Source of the DNA: Candidatus Collierbacteria bacterium GW2011_GWB2_45_17
Lineage (GTDB): Bacteria; Patescibacteriota; Microgenomatia; UBA1400; MFAQ01
DNA length: 64,000 bases
Direction: 5' to 3'
Assembly: GCA_001001485.1 (NCBI GenBank)
Contig: LCKO01000001.1
Span: 76,517 to 140,516, forward strand
A program made the position numbers and the translations under genes. Shown piece by piece: positions 34,356 through 41,840 of the stretch; position 1 is the first letter of the stretch, and every line of letters starts with the position of its first letter. The notes under the pieces were generated by a model that was given only the letters and a program-made list of their open reading frames with translations, made no database searches and had not been told where the DNA came from.

Positions 34356-35102
34356 TTAAATAGCTGACTGATTTAGTTCTTCAACTAACTTTTGCGATTT
34401 CTCCATTAGTCGTTTTTCGTTATAATCTGGGGATATATTCAAAGATGCTCCTAATACTACCAAAGAAAACAGTAAGGTATTAAATAATCTTTTGAGTCCC
34501 ATTTTAAGTATGTCATCAGAATATAATTGCGGGCCCATAATAAGCTCGTGGTTATTTTGGGAAGTACGAATATTATTTTTTGTGATATCGTAAATTACAT
34601 TCGGATTATTGTGTAAAAAACGAGAAGACTCTTTGAATAAATTTAGAAAAACGATTTTGTGCCATTTGACTTGTTTTGCCTTTTGTTTGTCAGAAATAAA
34701 AACTTTTCCATCCTCTTCAACTCGTTTTAACATAGCCTCAATTTTATGATTTCTGAAAAAATTTCGGTAGTTCGTAGTGCGATATTCAATTTCTGTATCT
34801 GGAAATTCCTTAAAATAAGCAGAAAGTATAACTGCCTCCGCCACTACTCTTATCATGATTTCTGATGATCGGATATATCCGGAACTCAACAAATAAAAGG
34901 CGTTATCCATCAATGGTAAGGTTTGAGAGAGTAGAATTAGCAATGTCCAATTAGGATATTCGTTATCCTTTACTTTTCCTGATGTTGCCTGTAGAAATGA
35001 AGTGTAAACTTCAAGTAATTGATTAAACAAAATTTCTTCGTTTTGAAACTTTGTTTTGAATGCAGATAAAATAGTTTTTTCTTCTTTATCAAAAATTCCC
35101 AT
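34356..35102 (-). CDS. Hypothetical all-helical protein
   Basis: ORF only; lies inside the inverted-repeat-bounded segment. Confidence 0.45.
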   Translation of the reverse strand: MGIFDKEEKTILSAFKTKFQNEEILFNQLLEVYTSFLQATSGKVKDNEYPNWTLLILLSQTLPLMDNAFYLLSSGYIRSSEIMIRVVAEAVILSAYFKEFPDTEIEYRTTNYRNFFRNHKIEAMLKRVEEDGKVFISDKQKAKQVKWHKIVFLNLFKESSRFLHNNPNVIYDITKNNIRTSQNNHELIMGPQLYSDDILKMGLKRLFNTLLFSLVVLGASLNISPDYNEKRLMEKSQKLVEELNQSAI

Positions 35103-35162
35103 ATCTTATTTTATCATTTTTGTTCGCTTGTAGTTTTATTTGAAAAAGTTTATATTAAATTC

Positions 35163-35248
35163 GGAACCAGTAGTTTACAGATTGTCTTTTTTAATGGCGC
35201 ACTCGTCAGCAAGGAGACAGTCTAAGCTGGTTCCAACGGTGCGCCATT
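35163..35248 (+). ncRNA. Candidate structured RNA or DNA element with pseudoknot-type interleaved complementarity
   Basis: Three pairings: GGAACCAG (35163-70) with CTGGTTCC (35227-34); AGATTGTCT (35179-87) with AGACAGTCT (35215-23; one G-T pair that is a wobble only on the + strand); AATGGCGCAC (35193-202) with GTGCGCCATT (35239-48). Confidence 0.3.
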
Positions 35249-35303
35249 TAAAATTTTTGCGTTTTTTTAGTCGCTTTCAGTGACTTTTACGAGCCGACAG
35301 TTT

Positions 35304-35396
35304 CGGAGGCGCGGCGGGTGGGGGCGCCGCGCCGGAGCAAGCGAGGCCGAAGGCCGAGCTAATCAAATGAAGTTCGACATTTTTCGTAAACCGCCA
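35304..35396 (-). repeat. 93-bp perfect inverted repeat, right arm
   Basis: Exact reverse complement of 31943-32035. Its outer flank (35397-35470) is a degenerate inverted copy of the GGGCGGGCGCG..ACCTCCC att-like flank. Confidence 0.9.
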
Positions 35397-35601
35397 GCCA
35401 GTAAAGAGAAGAAAGAGATTGGGAGGTAGCGCTTTCCGCGCCCGCCTCCGCGGAAAGCGCGTCAAATCCGCCTTTTTTGAAACTTGCGGACAGGCGCCGA
35501 AAAAAGAAGGAAGAAAAAACGCAAAAATTGGGCTTCTTGAAAGAAGCCCTGCTCACTATCGTTCGCTTAAAGAACTTTTAGGAGATAAGATATAAAACGA
35601 C

Positions 35602-37158
35602 ATGATTAAATACATCGCCTATTGCAGGAAATCTACAGACGAACCAGACAGACAAATTTTGTCTATTGAGGCGCAAGTTGCCGAACTTGAGGAATTCGCC
35701 GCAAAGGAGAATTTAAAAATAGTTTCTTTCATTACTGAGAGTAAAACTGCCAAAGAGCCGGGAAGACAGAAATTTGCGGAGGTTTTGGAAAAGATTGAAA
35801 ACGGCGGAGCCGCCGGTATCATCTCGTGGCATCCAGACAGACTTGCAAGAAATTCTGTTGATGGCGGAAAGATTATCTATTTATTGGATACAGGAAAATT
35901 GCTTGATTTAAAATTTCCGTCTTTTTGGTTTGAAAATACACCGCAAGGCAAGTTTATGTTAGGAATGGCCTTTAATCAGTCTAAGTATTATGTGGATAAT
36001 CTTTCCGAAAATGTTAAACGAGGTAACCGCCAAAAACTCCGCCGTGGCGAGTGGCCGAATCAAGCAACTTTTGGTTACTTAAATATCAACAAAAAGATCG
36101 AAGTTGATAAGAAACGAGCCAAGTATGTGCAAAAAGCTTTTCAGCTTTTTGCTTCCGGCGGCTACGGATATGCGGACATCCGAAAATTTTTCAACCAAAA
36201 CAAAATTTTCAACAAGTCCGGTCATGAACTCCACCTTGATAAAGTCAAAAGAATTTTGACCGATCCGTTCTACTATGGAGTGATGAGATTTTGCGGCGAA
36301 CTTTATGAAGGAAAACACCAGCCCTTAATTAGCAAGAAGCTTTTTGATAAATGTCAAGAAGTTGTGAAACTCAAAAGCAGAAAGGTTAAAAACAACAAAC
36401 ATCTTTTTGATTTTCTGGGACTTGTAAAGTGCGGCGAATGTGGCGGCGCAATCACCGCTGAAATGCATACAAAGAATTACAAACGAACTAATAGAACGGT
36501 TGAGTATGTATATTACCGTTGTTCAAAAAAGAAAGGTGCTTGCTCGCAAAAATATATTGATAAAGAGGAAATTCAGAAACAACTAAAAGAGATTGTTTTG
36601 CGAGCATCTCTGCCGCCGCACGCCGCCAAAAAATTTCTTGAGTGGGCGGATAAAGACGTAAGTCAAGAAAAGGATAAATCATCGAGAATTATTTCGACTT
36701 ATCAACTGCAACTCAAGGAAACTGAGGAGAAAACTGATCGTTTGCTTGAAGGATATTTAGACAAGATAATTTCTCCTGAAGATTACCAAAAGAAAAAGAA
36801 CGAACTGGTTGAAACAAAATCGCTTCTAAGTTCCAAAATTAAGGAGATTTCTACAAACGGCGTTGAATGGCTCGAACCTTTCCAGGAATTCGTAAATAGT
36901 GCGCTTTCAGCGCAAAAAATCGCGCGCAAGGGTTCCGCGGACTCAGAACTGCGGTTCTTCGTCCAAAACATCGGTTCGAACTTCTTTTTGAAAGATAAAC
37001 AGATTATTGTGGAATGGGAAAAGCCCTTCGCATCGCTCCGCGCGTGGGCGGGCGCGCGGGCGACTGACCCCGTTCCTACCGAAATGTCCCGAAGTGTTGC
37101 CGGACTAGGACTCGAACCTAGAATATTCGCCTTCAGAGGGCGACGTCCTACCAATTAG
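35602..37158 (+). CDS. Large serine recombinase (resolvase/invertase N-domain + recombinase domain + zinc ribbon + coiled coil)
   Basis: 'IAYCRKSTDEPDRQILSIEAQ' (Ser nucleophile context), 'SWHPDRLARN' and zinc ribbon 'CGECGG...YYRCSKKKGACSQ'. The ORF tail reads through the att repeat into the antisense of tRNA-Gln, so the last 40 aa or so are probably fortuitous. Confidence 0.85.
   Translation: MIKYIAYCRKSTDEPDRQILSIEAQVAELEEFAAKENLKIVSFITESKTAKEPGRQKFAEVLEKIENGGAAGIISWHPDRLARNSVDGGKIIYLLDTGKLLDLKFPSFWFENTPQGKFMLGMAFNQSKYYVDNLSENVKRGNRQKLRRGEWPNQATFGYLNINKKIEVDKKRAKYVQKAFQLFASGGYGYADIRKFFNQNKIFNKSGHELHLDKVKRILTDPFYYGVMRFCGELYEGKHQPLISKKLFDKCQEVVKLKSRKVKNNKHLFDFLGLVKCGECGGAITAEMHTKNYKRTNRTVEYVYYRCSKKKGACSQKYIDKEEIQKQLKEIVLRASLPPHAAKKFLEWADKDVSQEKDKSSRIISTYQLQLKETEEKTDRLLEGYLDKIISPEDYQKKKNELVETKSLLSSKIKEISTNGVEWLEPFQEFVNSALSAQKIARKGSADSELRFFVQNIGSNFFLKDKQIIVEWEKPFASLRAWAGARATDPVPTEMSRSVAGLGLEPRIFAFRGRRPTN
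36984..37064 (+). repeat. 81-bp direct repeat, right copy (true recombinase 3' end plus att flank)
   Basis: Identical to 31829-31909. Confidence 0.9.
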
Positions 37159-37169
37159 ACGATCCGGCA
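37097..37169 (-). tRNA. tRNA-Gln (anticodon CUG), no encoded CCA
   Basis: Hand-folded from the reverse complement: TGCCGGA TC GTCT AATTGGTA GGAC G TCGCC CTCTGAA GGCGA ATATT CTAGG TTCGAGT CCTAG TCCGGCA A. It has a 7-bp acceptor stem, a GTTCGAGTC T-loop and a CU-CUG-AA anticodon loop. Confidence 0.85.
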
Positions 37170-37228
37170 ATATGAGCTTATTTTACCTTATTTGGCCATA
37201 AAAACTTCACTATTTTTCTTTCGTAAAC

Positions 37229-37969
37229 TTATTCATCAAAGGTATAAACATGGGCAAACTGATCTAGATATCCGGACTTTTTAGTATCCGGATCGATGTC
37301 AATCGTCATTAGAGAAATAATGGCTTGGGGGTTCATTTCTTTAATTTTTGCAATCATTACTCTGGATGTGTAGGTTTCCATGACAGCATCATCGGCAATC
37401 AGAATATGTTCTCCGGAGAGGGAAAGATTTTCGGGGAGGTAGCCATTAACCGGCTGAATTCCACTGCGGGAAAAAACCATATGATCTACCGGCAAGGGGT
37501 GTTGAAATTTCTTGGACATTATTAGACCCAAATATTCTCCTATTATGCAACCGGACACCGCCGCTGTAATAATATGTGTCACCCTATCTTTAATGGCCGC
37601 CTCCGCGACATCACCAAACTGTCCTATGACTCGGCGCATTTCCCAAAAACCACTGTTTCGGTAACGCTGCTGTTCACTCGCCCTGGTGATATCCTCTTGG
37701 GTTATTCCGAGAATGTTGTTCACCGAAAAAAGTGAACTATGAAACCGTCCAAGAGCATCAGAAGAAATATGACCATTGTCCACAATCTCGGACGCAAAGT
37801 CTTGTGAATAGAATTTAATAAGCTCAAATACATACTCTGTCGGTTGGGGTAAAGAGGAAATTGGTGGATCTCTCTTGTAAAGAGTGATCCACAAAGCCAA
37901 AGCCCTCAGCTGATCCATGTCTCGCTCATAGCGAAGCATTTCGTTGTAGTTACTCAAAAAAATCTCCAC
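37229..37969 (-). CDS. Phosphoribosyltransferase-fold protein with a unique N-terminal domain
   Basis: PRPP-loop-like 'HILIADDAVMETYTS' in the C-terminal half. The N-terminal 110 aa or so are unassigned. Confidence 0.55.
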   Translation of the reverse strand: MEIFLSNYNEMLRYERDMDQLRALALWITLYKRDPPISSLPQPTEYVFELIKFYSQDFASEIVDNGHISSDALGRFHSSLFSVNNILGITQEDITRASEQQRYRNSGFWEMRRVIGQFGDVAEAAIKDRVTHIITAAVSGCIIGEYLGLIMSKKFQHPLPVDHMVFSRSGIQPVNGYLPENLSLSGEHILIADDAVMETYTSRVMIAKIKEMNPQAIISLMTIDIDPDTKKSGYLDQFAHVYTFDE

Positions 37970-37974
37970 GAATC

Positions 37975-38778
37975 CTACTTCCTCGCCACAATTATTCCCG
38001 TCGAACGGAAGCTTTCCAGCTCGCCATCTGAGAAGCCAAAGTCATCCTTCCACTTGTTTTTGAGATAGGGGATAGTCGAAGATCGCTGGAAAAGAACCGA
38101 CATCCCCAGAAGCCTAAATATCTGGTCGTATTCTTCAAAACTTACCGGTACATAATTTTCCTTTCCCTCTCTTTCCCAGTTATCATCATACATATATTTC
38201 AGCAAAAAGTGATTTAATTGTTTGACACTATTCATCACCCCAAAAATATTTTCAAAGTCGGCCAGCAGGGGAGCTATTTCCGCCTTAGCTTTTACTTTTT
38301 CTTTCATTTCCTTTACCCAAAGTTGAGATTTACCGGCATAGTCATAGAGAATCATGTCGCGGATAATCAAAGTTCCTTGGGGATTCAAAATCTCATGAGC
38401 ATCGGCCAGGGCTTTGACGACAGTGGAGATACCCTCACCGTAAGAAAAAAATTCATGCAATACCGAGCAAAATAAAGCCACGTCAAATCTTTCCGGATTA
38501 ACAAGTCTTTCTCTCAAAAAGCCGCATTCGAACTTTACATTTTTCCTCTCTCCAACACACTCTTGAGCTTTCTTAACAAACTCTTCATCCAAGTCGATCC
38601 CCACAAAGCTAATAGTAGGGTACATATCAGCCAAAGCCAGAGTTACCGTTCCATCGGCACAGCCCACATCCAGAATCGACCGTGTGTCTTGGGGGATAAA
38701 ACGGGCAATTTTCAGTTTTTCCTGAAGTGGTTTGCTCATACGCTCAAGGTAGAGTTTTGGGTTGGCGATTTCCTCCAT
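37975..38778 (-). CDS. Class I SAM-dependent methyltransferase
   Basis: 'ILDVGCADGTVT', 'GIDLDEEFV' and 'LFCSVLHE'. Lies upstream of, and 5 nt from, the PRTase-like gene. Confidence 0.7.
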   Translation of the reverse strand: MEEIANPKLYLERMSKPLQEKLKIARFIPQDTRSILDVGCADGTVTLALADMYPTISFVGIDLDEEFVKKAQECVGERKNVKFECGFLRERLVNPERFDVALFCSVLHEFFSYGEGISTVVKALADAHEILNPQGTLIIRDMILYDYAGKSQLWVKEMKEKVKAKAEIAPLLADFENIFGVMNSVKQLNHFLLKYMYDDNWEREGKENYVPVSFEEYDQIFRLLGMSVLFQRSSTIPYLKNKWKDDFGFSDGELESFRSTGIIVARK

Positions 38779-38837
38779 TCGTCTATTTTATGCTACAATC
38801 GGCCAGTTGGAAACAGAACCCTAAAAAGGAGCCTAGC

Positions 38838-39239
38838 ATGACCCAAAGTTGGATATTTGATGCCAAAATTAAAGTCTTGATGGAAAATGAAGCCAAATGG
38901 GCAGAACATCAGGATAAAAGGCGTGAGCGCGCCCAAACAATTCGTACTTTTGAAGAAAAAATAGCCCAAACCAGGTACGAAATAGAAATGGTGCTGGAGG
39001 AAGCACGAAGGCAAGGACTGGGAGTGGAGGGTCCCGACATTAACTATTCACAAAATTTCAGGGACACTTCCCCGCTCTATTTATGGAAGGTGACCGATTA
39101 CGCCCAAAACCAGTCGTATCTTATCCTTCTCTACTTGATTACCTGGCAGGGAAACTTAGTTCCCTCAACCAACGCTCAAGAAATCGAGCGGGATATAAAG
39201 GAATGGTTGTTCCGGATATACTCCAAAAATTATAAGTAG
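38838..39239 (+). CDS. Hypothetical protein
   Basis: ATG at 38838 preceded by AAAGGAG. The 38727 start in the ORF track overlaps the divergent gene. Confidence 0.45.
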   Translation: MTQSWIFDAKIKVLMENEAKWAEHQDKRRERAQTIRTFEEKIAQTRYEIEMVLEEARRQGLGVEGPDINYSQNFRDTSPLYLWKVTDYAQNQSYLILLYLITWQGNLVPSTNAQEIERDIKEWLFRIYSKNYK

Positions 39240-39250
39240 CAATCTCACCA

Positions 39251-39276
39251 GGTGCCCTCACGGGCACCATTTTTTT
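39251..39276 (+). terminator. Rho-independent terminator
   Basis: GGTGCCC-TCAC-GGGCACC followed by ATTTTTTT. Confidence 0.75.
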
Positions 39277-39308
39277 GATACCATTGACGTAAACTAACAT
39301 ATCTCTAT

Positions 39309-40463
39309 ATGAAAAATCTGGCCGAACCATTGGCTTCCAAGATCCGCCCAAAATCCCTAGACGAGTTTATCGGTCAGGATCACTTAGTGGGTGTTGGTAA
39401 ACCTCTCCGGCTAGCCATCAAAAACAAATTGATTTTTTCCTATCTCCTTTGGGGTTCCCCGGGTACCGGTAAAACCACTATCGCCAGAATTTATGCCGAC
39501 GCTATCGATGCTGATTTCCATGAACTTTCGGCTGTCTCCGCCGGCAAAGACGATATTCGTCAGATTGCTAGCGAAAAAAACCAAAGCACCAAACCAATTG
39601 TTATATTTTTAGATGAAATTCATCGTTTCAACAAAGCCCAGCAAGATTATCTCCTGCCTTTTGTTGAGTCGGGCAAGATCACTCTCATCGGCGCCACCAC
39701 CGAAAACCCCAGTTTCGAAATTATTCCCCCGCTTCTCTCCCGTTGTCGAGTATTTGTGCTTAAAGAACACACTCCGGAAGACATCGGCAAAATTATCGAC
39801 CGCGCCATCAAATCCCTCAAAACCAAAATGGACAACGACGTCCGAGATTGGCTTTCGGAATTTGCCAATGGAGATGCTCGTCAAGCCATCGGTCTTATCG
39901 AGTCCACCTTTAATCTATATAAGTCTCTCACTATAGACAACTTCAAAAACGCCATCCAAAATAAATTTTTAAGATTCGATAAAAAAGGCGAAGAGCACTA
40001 CAACATTATTTCTGCTTTTATCAAGTCCATGAGAGCCAGCAATCCGGACGCCGCCATTTACTACTTGGCTCGTATGGTAGATAGCGGTGAGGATCCTCTT
40101 TTTATCGCCCGCCGTATGGTCATCTTTGCCAGTGAGGATATTGGACTTGCCCAGCCTACAGCTCTGGTAGTTGCCAATGCTGTTTTTGCCGCCTGTCAGC
40201 AAATAGGTTATCCCGAATGCGCTATCAATCTGGCCCACGGTGTTGCTTATCTAGCCGGCTGTGCCAAAAACAGATCCGCTTACGATGCTCTCAGATCTGC
40301 CCAAGCAGATGTTAGTCAGCACGGTAATTTACCTATTCCTCTGAATCTTAGAAACGCCCCCACCAAATTAATGAAAAGTCTGGGTTACGGCAAAGATTAC
40401 GAACAGTACACCGACGCTGATCTTCTTCCGGAAAAACTCAAAGGCAAAAAATACCTTAAATAA
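39309..40463 (+). CDS. rarA: Replication-associated recombination protein A (AAA+ ATPase)
   Basis: 'RPKSLDEFIGQDHLVG', Walker A 'GSPGTGKTT', Walker B 'LDEIHRFNK' and the MgsA C-terminal 'DPLFIARRMVIFASEDIG'. Confidence 0.85.
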   Translation: MKNLAEPLASKIRPKSLDEFIGQDHLVGVGKPLRLAIKNKLIFSYLLWGSPGTGKTTIARIYADAIDADFHELSAVSAGKDDIRQIASEKNQSTKPIVIFLDEIHRFNKAQQDYLLPFVESGKITLIGATTENPSFEIIPPLLSRCRVFVLKEHTPEDIGKIIDRAIKSLKTKMDNDVRDWLSEFANGDARQAIGLIESTFNLYKSLTIDNFKNAIQNKFLRFDKKGEEHYNIISAFIKSMRASNPDAAIYYLARMVDSGEDPLFIARRMVIFASEDIGLAQPTALVVANAVFAACQQIGYPECAINLAHGVAYLAGCAKNRSAYDALRSAQADVSQHGNLPIPLNLRNAPTKLMKSLGYGKDYEQYTDADLLPEKLKGKKYLK

Positions 40464-40494
40464 AAAAAGCTCTGGGTCTTATCCAGAGCTTTTA
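40464..40494. terminator. Bidirectional hairpin between convergent genes
   Basis: AAAAGCTCTGG-N7-CCAGAGCTTTT. It overlaps the last codons of the - strand protease gene. Confidence 0.65.
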
Positions 40495-41171
40495 ATAATC
40501 CAGTCTAGTGTATCTTTATTCATTAAGTTGATGTAAAACGAACTTGGTCGCAGTTTTCCAATAAAACTATGATTTCCACCAGAAACCAACCCAATCAATC
40601 TGCAGTTCTTGTCCAAAAGTGATCCTCCGGAATCACCTGCCGAAGTAGCTCCGTTGTGAAACACAATCATCGTCTTTGGTTCATGTTGAGATAAGAGTTC
40701 ATCCATATTCACCACTTCAAAACGGCTACCAACATATTTTACTGAGTTTAGACCGTTTCTAAGACCGGAAACAACATATGGAGGTTGGTTATTCTCTAAC
40801 CTACCCTCACTCAGAATAGCCACTGGCAAGGGGAGAGGTTTGCTTAATATTAATATCGCCAAGTCCAAGTCGGGGTGGATGATAACTTTCAAGACCTTCA
40901 CGTCACTTACAAATCCCAAAATAGTCTTGAAAGAAACATCCTTGTCTGCCAAATGTTTGTTGGTCAGCACCACCGAGTTTCCGATATAAACCCCATTTCC
41001 CAGCACATACAATCCATCCTCTTGTTGTCTCCACGTCGCTACCGAAGAAGCAAAGTCCTCGCAGGGGTTGGAAAATCGCGCACTCTCGAACCAATAAACG
41101 ACATTATCATTAATTACCACCCAGAGAACAGCCAAAATAGCACTTATTACTAAAAGGTTGGTTTTTTTCAT
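40479..41171 (-). CDS. Trypsin-like (S1) serine protease, membrane-anchored or secreted
   Basis: 'GDSGGSL' around the catalytic Ser, 'TNKHLAD' (His context) and an N-terminal TM helix. Confidence 0.7.
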   Translation of the reverse strand: MKKTNLLVISAILAVLWVVINDNVVYWFESARFSNPCEDFASSVATWRQQEDGLYVLGNGVYIGNSVVLTNKHLADKDVSFKTILGFVSDVKVLKVIIHPDLDLAILILSKPLPLPVAILSEGRLENNQPPYVVSGLRNGLNSVKYVGSRFEVVNMDELLSQHEPKTMIVFHNGATSAGDSGGSLLDKNCRLIGLVSGGNHSFIGKLRPSSFYINLMNKDTLDWIIKSSG

Positions 41172-41241
41172 TTCTCCTCCGAAGGGACAGTTTTAAGGTT
41201 CTGTACCCGATATTTTAACCTAATACCTCTATAATAGAAAC

Positions 41242-41694
41242 ATGAAGCGTGGCTTTGTCCTGATAATCATTGGTTTTGCTATTTTTTCTTCCCTGGTTCT
41301 TTACAACTACCTCCAGGCTCAGTCAGCCATAAAAGACACCCGCCCCTCGCCCCTCACGATCGATCTGGTTTCTTATCCGGAAGTGGTTAAAGCTGGTCAC
41401 ACCGGTACTTTTATCTGGAGAATCGAGGCTTCCCCAGACCTTTCTACTCCTTCCACCACTATTTACTGGGGGTACGAGGCTTCCCCCGGTGCCCTAACCA
41501 AACAAGACTCGCCCCAAGCCGTTGGTTATCCGAGTTCTCAGCCGGACTATCTGAGTGGTAATTTCAGTCTTCCAAGTAGTTTTGATCTCAATATCAAGCT
41601 TACCCAGCCCGGCCAAGTTTTCTTCCGTGCCTATGCCAAGGTTAAAGGGGATCATCTTTGGTCGGAAGAAATGTCTCTTAATGTGGAAAAATAA
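41242..41694 (+). CDS. Hypothetical secreted protein
   Basis: N-terminal TM/signal 'FVLIIIGFAIFSSLVLY'; ORF only. Confidence 0.5.
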   Translation: MKRGFVLIIIGFAIFSSLVLYNYLQAQSAIKDTRPSPLTIDLVSYPEVVKAGHTGTFIWRIEASPDLSTPSTTIYWGYEASPGALTKQDSPQAVGYPSSQPDYLSGNFSLPSSFDLNIKLTQPGQVFFRAYAKVKGDHLWSEEMSLNVEK

Positions 41695-41840
41695 CATGCC
41701 TGAAACTACTAAATTTTCCAAATCTTTTTTTACCATCATTACCATTCTTACCGTGATCGCAACCATACTTATCGGACTAAGATTTCTCACCAATTAACTT
41801 AATTAGCAATTTATGGCTTGTTCTGCTAAAATCTAAAACT

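Larger units (their letters stand above)
31829..37064. mobile_element. tRNA-proximal integrative unit bounded by 81-bp direct repeats, carrying the large serine recombinase
   Basis: Identical 81-bp repeats at 31829-31909 and 36984-37064. The recombinase gene abuts the right repeat and the tRNA. Confidence 0.6.
23078..37169. mobile_element. Composite accessory island next to tRNA-Gln: tandem decayed integrative units plus one unit that retains a large serine recombinase
   Basis: Same-orientation att-like/pseudo-tRNA remnants at 23668-23745, 27313-27434 and 31885-31975, with the intact tRNA flank at 37040-37169. The region is AT-rich with accessory cargo, gene fragments and dense hairpin repeats. 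The left boundary is approximate. Confidence 0.6.

Noticed and set aside
35277-35556. ORFs 35277..35465 (-) and 35359..35556 (-)
   Set aside because: They are translations of the inverted repeat and its degenerate flank. They share 'WRFTKNVELHLISSAFGLACSGAAPPPAAPP' with the equally spurious 31859 ORF only because the DNA is repeated.
36783-37154. ORF 36783..37154 (-) antisense to the recombinase 3' end
   Set aside because: It begins inside the tRNA-Gln gene and is antisense to a well-supported CDS, so it is a repeat or antisense artefact.
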